The notes under the pieces are model-generated. The model worked only from the letters and a program-made list of their open reading frames with translations, made no database searches and was not told the DNA's origin. A DNA stretch of 64,000 nt, from positions 38,808 to 102,807 of the forward strand of contig JAYOYH010000008.1 in the NCBI GenBank assembly GCA_038153405.1, written 5' to 3'. The stretch comes from Gemmatimonadota bacterium. Lineage in GTDB: Bacteria; Latescibacterota; UBA2968; UBA8231. The position numbers and the translations under genes are program-made. Below are positions 57,807 through 64,000 of this stretch, in pieces. Position 1 is the first letter of the stretch, and every line of letters starts with the position of its first letter.

Positions 57807-59663
57807 CTAGTGGTGATGGTGGTGGGCGGAATGATCGGCGGCGTGTGCGTGACCACAGCCACACTCATCGACTTGGTCCCCCTCGGCGGTATGGCGGTGG
57901 CCGCCGTGGTCGTGGTCGTCATCGCCGCCTGAAAATACTTCGCCGACAAAGGCCCGCGGCCCCATGCGAACGAGCGAGACGAGAAACAGTGCGGCGAGGG
58001 CGACAGAGCAGAGACCTTGCCCACTGTGCCATTCCAAAGCTTCATCCGCAATGAACTGCGGCGCGTCAACCGTCGGCAGCAGCGCATTGAGCGCCCAACC
58101 GAGCAAGATCGCTAGTGCCATAATCGCCCCGGCAAAAGCGAGGGCCAAGTTCCGCCCGTGCAGGCGCGATAATACGCCAAATGTCGTCAGGTTGGTCGCC
58201 GGTCCGATCAGCAAAAACGCCAGCGCCGCGCCGGGCGAAACGCCCTTATACACGAGCACGGCCGCCAGCGGCGTCGCCCCCGATGCGCAGACGTAGGTCG
58301 GCACGCCGAGCAGCGCAAAGAGCGCGACTTCCGCTACGGCAGGTAGCGCCATCAGCCAGTCGGCGCTCAGCAGCGAATCGGCGAGTGCGGCGACGCTAAG
58401 GCCCAGCACAATCCACGGTGCTGTATCATCGACGACTTCGCCTAGGCCGATCCGCATGCTGCGCAACAGGCGCGCGCGCAAACCCAGCGATTGTCGAGGC
58501 TCGCTCTCTTCTATCCCATGCACCGCCGAGACCTGAGCCCAGCGACCAATGCCCCAACCAATGACCAGCGCGACAACGGCCGCACAGCCGACGCGCACCA
58601 AGGTGAACTCCCCCCCCAGTAACGGCAGCGATATGAGCACCGCGTCCAGGCTCAATTCAGGCGTTGCCACTAAGAAGCTGAGCGCAGCAGAAACCGGCAC
58701 GCCCTGGCCGACCAGACTGCGGTAGACGGGAACCACGCCGCACGAGCAAATGGGCAGGGGCAGGCCAAAAGTGGCGCCGCGCAGGGCCTGCGAGAAATGA
58801 CCTCCGCGCCCCATCCACGCCAGCGAAGCCTTTGGCATAAACTCGTAGACCAAACCCGCCGCCACATAGGCCAGCAAAAGAGCCGGCGCACTCTCCCATA
58901 CCAAGCGCAACAGGACCTGGCCCGCTTCGAGCATTCGAGGATCGAGGTGGTCGGCTGCCATAAAGGAGAGCAGTGCCATCCCGCCAACCGCGCCAAGGCC
59001 GGCGTGGCGCCGACGCTCCGCTGGCGAAGAAGACGACTCGGCAATGGGATAGGATCGGTGGACTACGACGTGCAGCAGAGTACCGGCCACCAGTGCCTGA
59101 AATAGGCCGCGGCCATCGTTGGCCATGCCCCCGACGGCCGTCTCGCCGAGCGAAAAGCCCAGAACGGTCGCCACGCCGATTAACATTAGGGTCGCCAGAG
59201 CCAAGGGCAATCCGTACACGGGGCGGATCAGAAACCAGACCATGAGCCCGACCGGCAGGCGGTGCAATACAACGGCCATGGGCAACATGTGCTCGCCGCC
59301 GTGCTCGTGCCCGCCCTGCCCCAGCGCCAATCCATCCGTAAAGGCGTGCAGACCGATGCCGGCCAGCGCTAGGAGCAGCGCAATGGCATGCGCCTGACGG
59401 GCCAGTCCCCTCAGCCTGTGCTCGACCAGTCCAGGCCCCAGCAGCCCCAGCGCCAGGGCGGCCAAGGCCGGCCAGCCGGCCAGATGGTAGGTTTCGGGAA
59501 TGATGTGGATAAAGACCAAGCCGCCGATCGTTACAAACACGAATCCGTCCAGCGCGGTCAGCATCGATCCGGTGACGCGTGCCAGCTGGTGCAGCGCAGG
59601 CCCTACAGCCAGCACCAACAGGCTCAGGACCAAGAGGTAAACTTCGGTTTGTTCGCCGTGCAC
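57807..59663 (-). CDS. Metal permease: ZIP-like N-half fused to an ArsP/SO_0444-type permease, with a His-rich tail
   Basis: LHAFTDG and LHRLPVG (ZIP-like), [10 protein letters not shown] and YVCASGATP (ArsP family), C-terminal DHDHGGHRH...CGCGHAH...HHHH. Confidence 0.82.
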   Translation of the reverse strand: MHGEQTEVYLLVLSLLVLAVGPALHQLARVTGSMLTALDGFVFVTIGGLVFIHIIPETYHLAGWPALAALALGLLGPGLVEHRLRGLARQAHAIALLLALAGIGLHAFTDGLALGQGGHEHGGEHMLPMAVVLHRLPVGLMVWFLIRPVYGLPLALATLMLIGVATVLGFSLGETAVGGMANDGRGLFQALVAGTLLHVVVHRSYPIAESSSSPAERRRHAGLGAVGGMALLSFMAADHLDPRMLEAGQVLLRLVWESAPALLLAYVAAGLVYEFMPKASLAWMGRGGHFSQALRGATFGLPLPICSCGVVPVYRSLVGQGVPVSAALSFLVATPELSLDAVLISLPLLGGEFTLVRVGCAAVVALVIGWGIGRWAQVSAVHGIEESEPRQSLGLRARLLRSMRIGLGEVVDDTAPWIVLGLSVAALADSLLSADWLMALPAVAEVALFALLGVPTYVCASGATPLAAVLVYKGVSPGAALAFLLIGPATNLTTFGVLSRLHGRNLALAFAGAIMALAILLGWALNALLPTVDAPQFIADEALEWHSGQGLCSVALAALFLVSLVRMGPRAFVGEVFSGGDDDHDHGGHRHTAEGDQVDECGCGHAHAADHSAHHHHH

Positions 59664-59832
59664 GTCTCTCTAACTGAGCTTCGGGTAGCGGCGCCTCGCG
59701 CGCCAACAGCAGGCTTTTAAAATAAGTCAATTTGCGCAAAGCCCCAAGCCGGGGACTTGCCCTATGCCTTAGCTATCATTTTTATTTATCTATAACTTAT
59801 AGCAAATTTCAACCAAAATAAAACTCGCGCCA

Positions 59833-61164
59833 TTGAAATCGCATACCCGCAGCGGCTGGGGGCTCTATCCGCAAATCGAGACGCGCGTCGTTCGCGCCCA
59901 CCAAGCCGTCGATCTGGCCCGTGCCCATCCGAATGCTTCTCTGCTGGCACAGGGCAGTTGCCGCTCCTATGGCGACGCCTGCCTATCCGAGCGCGTCGTG
60001 TCGACCGCGCCCCTGCATCACCTACTCGAATTTGACGCCGAGCGCGGCGCCGTGCGCTGTGAAGCGGGCATCACGCTGGATCGCCTCATCGCCTTTATCG
60101 CGCCGCGCGGCTTTTTTCTGCCGGTGACGCCGGGCACGAAATTTCCCTCCCTCGGCGGCTGCTTAGCCGCCGATGTGCACGGCAAAAACCACCACAGCGA
60201 AGGATCGATTGCCCACTTTGTCGAAGAAATCGAACTCGTGCTGGCCGACGGCTCATTGGCGCGCTGCTCGCGGTCTGAGCGCGCCGACCTGTTCTGGGCT
60301 ACCCTCGGCGGCATGGGCCTGACCGGAGCGATCTATGCGGCAACCCTGCGCCTCAAGAAAGTCGCCTCTTCTTATATGCGCACGCGCACTATCAAAACGC
60401 GCAACTTCGAGGAACTCTGCCGGGTTTTTGAGCAAACGCAAAACCAGTATACCTATTCGGTAGCCTGGGTGGACAGCCTAGCCAGCGGCGCCCGCCTCGG
60501 ACGCAGTTCGCTCATTCTCGGCGAACACGCCAGCGCCGACGAAGCTCCGCCCACAGCCCCCTTCAAGGTACACGGCAACGGCGGGCCTAGCGTGCCGCTG
60601 TTCTTTCCCAGCGGCGCGCTCAACGGGCTGACGATGCGCGCCTTTAACGCACTGGTCTACCATCGCCAACTGCGCCGCCAATGCGATGCCATCGTCCACT
60701 ACGACCCCTATTTCTATCCGCTGGACTTCGTGCGCCAGTGGAACCGCATCTACGGTCGCCGCGGATTTCTGCAGTACCAGTTCGCCGTGCCCTTTAACGG
60801 CGGACGCGCACTGATGTCGGATATTCTGACCCGCATTGCCCAGCGCGGCGTCGCCTCGTTTCTCACCGTGCTCAAGACGCTGGGCGCTGAGAGCGGAGGC
60901 CTACTCTCCTTCCCCATGCCCGGCTACACCCTAGCACTCGACATTCCGCTGCACGACCGGAGTATTATCGCCTTCTTAAATGAGTTGACCCAACTGGTCG
61001 TCGGCGCCGGCGGGCGCATTTATCTGGCCAAAGATGCCATATTGCAGCGCGCAGACTTTGAGGCCATGTATCCGCATCTAAACGAATTCAAACGCATAAA
61101 GCGCGCCTGCGATCCGCACGGCCGCTTCCGCTCACTGCAATCCGATCGATTGGGAATAACGTGA
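59833..61164 (+). CDS. DprE1-like FAD-dependent polyprenyl-phosphoribose oxidase
   Basis: RSYGDA, PVTPGTK, DVHGKNHH, GGMGLTG, WNRIYG..GFLQYQ, LSFPMPGYTLALD, GRIYLAKD. Confidence 0.9.
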   Translation: MKSHTRSGWGLYPQIETRVVRAHQAVDLARAHPNASLLAQGSCRSYGDACLSERVVSTAPLHHLLEFDAERGAVRCEAGITLDRLIAFIAPRGFFLPVTPGTKFPSLGGCLAADVHGKNHHSEGSIAHFVEEIELVLADGSLARCSRSERADLFWATLGGMGLTGAIYAATLRLKKVASSYMRTRTIKTRNFEELCRVFEQTQNQYTYSVAWVDSLASGARLGRSSLILGEHASADEAPPTAPFKVHGNGGPSVPLFFPSGALNGLTMRAFNALVYHRQLRRQCDAIVHYDPYFYPLDFVRQWNRIYGRRGFLQYQFAVPFNGGRALMSDILTRIAQRGVASFLTVLKTLGAESGGLLSFPMPGYTLALDIPLHDRSIIAFLNELTQLVVGAGGRIYLAKDAILQRADFEAMYPHLNEFKRIKRACDPHGRFRSLQSDRLGIT

Positions 61165-61901
61165 AAAAACGCGCACTCATTCTCGGCGCCAAATCGGCTA
61201 TCGCCCGCGCCATCGCCGTGCGTCTGGCCGAAGAGGGCTACGATTTCGCCCTGGCCGCGCGCCAGGTAGAAGCCCTGCAGCCCTTTGCCGCCGATTTGGC
61301 ACTCCGATGCGCGTGCCAAGTAGACCTGCTGGAATTCGACGCCTTTGATTTCACCGCACTCGAAGACCTACCACGGCGCGTCGAGCGCGCATCCGGCCCC
61401 TTTGAACTGGTCGTGCTGGTCTTTGGCTATCTTGGGCAGCAAGCGGAAACGGCCCGCAGCACGGAGGAAATGCTCAAGGTGCTCAACGCCAACTTTACCA
61501 GCGCCGCCGTGGCATTGGGCCACCTGGCCAACTACCTAGAGCAGCGCGGGCACGGCGGTCTAATCGGCATCGGTTCGGTGGCCGGTGATCGCGGGCGCCA
61601 GAGCAATTTTTTTTACGGTGCCGCCAAGGGCGGCCTTGCCCTATTTCTGCAGGGCCTGCGCAATCGCCTCGCGCCCAAAGGCATCCACGTCCTGACCGTC
61701 AAACCCGGCTTTGTCGACACGCCAATGACCGAGGATTTGGACGGCCTCTTTCTGGTGGCCAAACCAGAATCCGTAGCCAACGACATTGTGCGCGCCTATC
61801 AGCGGCGCAGAGACGTGCTCTACACGCCGTTCTTTTGGCGCTGGATTATGTGGATCATCCGCACCATTCCCGAGCGCATCTTCAAGAAGCTAACGCTCTG
61901 A
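61161..61901 (+). CDS. DprE2-like SDR oxidoreductase
   Basis: ILGAKSAIA, SVAGDRGRQSNFFYGAAK, VKPGFVDTPMT. GTGA overlap with the DprE1-like gene. Confidence 0.88.
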   Translation: MKKRALILGAKSAIARAIAVRLAEEGYDFALAARQVEALQPFAADLALRCACQVDLLEFDAFDFTALEDLPRRVERASGPFELVVLVFGYLGQQAETARSTEEMLKVLNANFTSAAVALGHLANYLEQRGHGGLIGIGSVAGDRGRQSNFFYGAAKGGLALFLQGLRNRLAPKGIHVLTVKPGFVDTPMTEDLDGLFLVAKPESVANDIVRAYQRRRDVLYTPFFWRWIMWIIRTIPERIFKKLTL

Positions 61902-61918
61902 GCGCTGCGCCGGCGACT

Positions 61919-64000
61919 CTATACGATCTGCTGGCCCACTTCGACTTTCTCTCCCACCTCGCCGCGCAGGCGCTGCTGCAGCGTCGTAAAGCGCTCCGCG
62001 ACTTCGTTGTTTTGCACGGCCATGCCCAGTGCCTGCCGGGTGCCGACGATGACGATCATTTGCTTGGCGCGCGTAATGGCCGTATAGAGCAGGTTGCGCT
62101 GCAGCATGACGTAGTGCTGCGTCGTCAGCGGCAGTATGACCACCGGAAACTCCGATCCCTGCGAGCGGTGCGTGCTAATCGCATAGGCTAGCATCAACTC
62201 GTCGAGATCGGGCACGTCGTACTCAACGCTTTCGTCAAATCGGACCCGCAGCACCTGCTTCTCACTGTCTATGTGCTCGACAAATCCCATATCGCCGTTA
62301 AAGACACCCTTGTCGTAGTTATTTTTGACCTGCATTACCTTGTCGCCTATGCGAAACTCGCCGCTGCCGTGGCGAAAGGCCGGCGCGCCGCCGTTGAGTT
62401 TTTCCTGCAGTCGCTGGTTGATGTTGAGGGCGCCGGTCTCTCCCCTGTACATCGGCGAGAGCACCTGTATGTCGCGCAGCGCATCGTAGCGCCCGTGGGC
62501 GGGTAAGCGCCGCGCGCACAGGTCTTCGACGACCTCGACTACCCGCGCCGGCTCGCGCTCTTCGACAAAGAAGAAGTCGCGCGTTTGCTTGTTATCGAGC
62601 AGCGGCATTTCGCCGTCGTTTATCCGGTGTGCGTTGGTAATGATATGACTGGTCGATTCTTGGCGAAAAATCTGCGTCAGGCGCACCACCGGCACTTCAC
62701 CCGAGCCGATGATATCGCGCAGCACGTTGCCCGGCCCGACCGAGGGCAGTTGGTCGACGTCGCCGACGAGCACTAGGCGCGCCGCATCGGGCAGTGCGCG
62801 CAGCAGGGCGTTCATCAGCACGACGTCGATCATCGACGCCTCGTCTACGATCAACGCCTCGACGTCTAATTTGTCGTCGTAGCACTTTTTAAACTGCCCC
62901 TCGCCGGGCTGAAATTCCAACAGGCGATGGATCGTGCGCGCTTCGCGCCCCGTCGCCTCCCCTAGGCGCTTGGCCGCCCTGCCCGTGGGCGAACACAGGG
63001 CGACTTTGAGTTTGCCGAGCTCGAAATTGTGCAATATGCGTTTGGTTACCGTCGTCTTGCCGGTGCCCGGTCCACCGGTCAGCACCATCACCTTATGCGC
63101 AAGGGACAGGTCTACCGCTTCGCGTTGGGTGGGCGCCAGTTCAAGCCCGTCGTCGCTCTCTACCTGTCTGTCTAACAGCTTGGCAGCCGAAGTGCGCAAC
63201 AGCCTCCGCAGAGATGAGGCCACGCCAACTTCGGCGTGGTAGAGCGGCGGCAAGTAGTAGCGCAGATCCTCCGTTACTACGCCGTCGTCGGCGCGCAGCG
63301 CCTCCAGCGCCGGCGGAATGAGCTCGGCATTGATATCGAGAATATCTTTGGCCAACTCGATCAGCCCGGCGCGCCCGGGCTTTTGCCGCCCTCCGGGCAG
63401 GTAGACGTGTCCGTCGTCGGCCGCCTCGTTGAGCAAGTAGCGAATGCCGGCCTGCACGCGCTGCGGGGCGTCTTTTTCCAGACCCAGATTCTGCGCGATG
63501 CGGTCGGCGATGCGAAAACCGATGCCGCGAATATCGCGCTCTAAGCGATAGGGATTGCTGCGCACTACCCCAATCGAATTCTGGCCGTACTGCTTGAAAA
63601 TTTTGACCGCATAGCCGGTCGTGATACCATGCGACTGCAGAAAGACCATCACGTCTTTGACGTGGCGCTGGGCATCCCAGGCTTCGGCAATCATATCGAT
63701 GCGCTTCTTACCTAAGTTCGGCACTTCGGACAGGCGCTGGGGATCGGCATCTATAATGTCGAGCGTTTCCTCGCCAAAGTGCTCGACGATGCGTTTGGCC
63801 GATACGGGACCAACGCCTTTAATCAGCCCTGAACCGAGATACTTTTTGATGCCCTCTAACGTCGTCGGATACACCAACCGATAATTGTCTATCTTAAATT
63901 GGCGGCCATACTTAGCGTGATTTATCCACTGCCCTTCAACTTCTACATTCTCCCCCTCTTCAAGAGCGGCAATCGCCCCTACTACAACGATCTTTTCCCG
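61919..64000 (-). CDS. recD2: SF1B helicase RecD2, 5'-truncated by the window edge
   Basis: HhH IKGVGP, NPYRL, TGGPGTGKT, VDEASM, GDVDQLPSVGPG, HRSQGSEF. The frame stays open to 64000 (…EGQWINHAKYGRQFKI…). Confidence 0.96.
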   Translation of the reverse strand, partial: REKIVVVGAIAALEEGENVEVEGQWINHAKYGRQFKIDNYRLVYPTTLEGIKKYLGSGLIKGVGPVSAKRIVEHFGEETLDIIDADPQRLSEVPNLGKKRIDMIAEAWDAQRHVKDVMVFLQSHGITTGYAVKIFKQYGQNSIGVVRSNPYRLERDIRGIGFRIADRIAQNLGLEKDAPQRVQAGIRYLLNEAADDGHVYLPGGRQKPGRAGLIELAKDILDINAELIPPALEALRADDGVVTEDLRYYLPPLYHAEVGVASSLRRLLRTSAAKLLDRQVESDDGLELAPTQREAVDLSLAHKVMVLTGGPGTGKTTVTKRILHNFELGKLKVALCSPTGRAAKRLGEATGREARTIHRLLEFQPGEGQFKKCYDDKLDVEALIVDEASMIDVVLMNALLRALPDAARLVLVGDVDQLPSVGPGNVLRDIIGSGEVPVVRLTQIFRQESTSHIITNAHRINDGEMPLLDNKQTRDFFFVEEREPARVVEVVEDLCARRLPAHGRYDALRDIQVLSPMYRGETGALNINQRLQEKLNGGAPAFRHGSGEFRIGDKVMQVKNNYDKGVFNGDMGFVEHIDSEKQVLRVRFDESVEYDVPDLDELMLAYAISTHRSQGSEFPVVILPLTTQHYVMLQRNLLYTAITRAKQMIVIVGTRQALGMAVQNNEVAERFTTLQQRLRGEVGEKVEVGQQIV

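Noticed and set aside
58657..59739. Long alternative-frame or antisense ORFs (this one, 21987-22850, 48993-49856, 44733-45491 and others)
   Set aside because: They are Arg/Ala/Pro-rich shadows of well-supported genes, as expected in high-GC DNA.

Overview
GC-rich chromosomal window from a diderm bacterium (TolC, MlaC, LolB-like and lipoprotein genes). I saw no integrase, transposase, prophage or CRISPR array. Left to right it holds: (i) a minus-strand cyclitol/sugar catabolic cluster with an IolD-like TPP enzyme; (ii) a ~300-nt promoter-to-terminator unit with a 12-codon ORF behind a 16-nt complement of the consensus 16S rRNA 3' end; (iii) metG, an M24 peptidase, an RmlD-like SDR, a divergent UvrA homolog and a TsdA/SoxA-like diheme cytochrome; (iv) a 13-kb divergent locus with two cytidylyltransferase/CDP-alcohol phosphotransferase pairs, two flippase-like proteins, TolC, an MlaC-DUF3047 fusion, MlaC and an MMPL/RND pump with no membrane-fusion protein, a candidate phospho-headgroup lipid synthesis and export system; (v) tRNA-Gly(GCC) and a TPR/FG-GAP/ASPIC lipoprotein; (vi) a class A PBP flanked by related membrane-anchored coiled-coil genes; (vii) ytfI/ytfJ-like genes, rlmN, an M23 peptidase, Minf_1886, larC, a split dpp system, glgB, a ZIP+ArsP-type permease fusion, a DprE1/DprE2-like pair and a truncated recD2. 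All family calls come from motif recognition by eye; no database searches were run.
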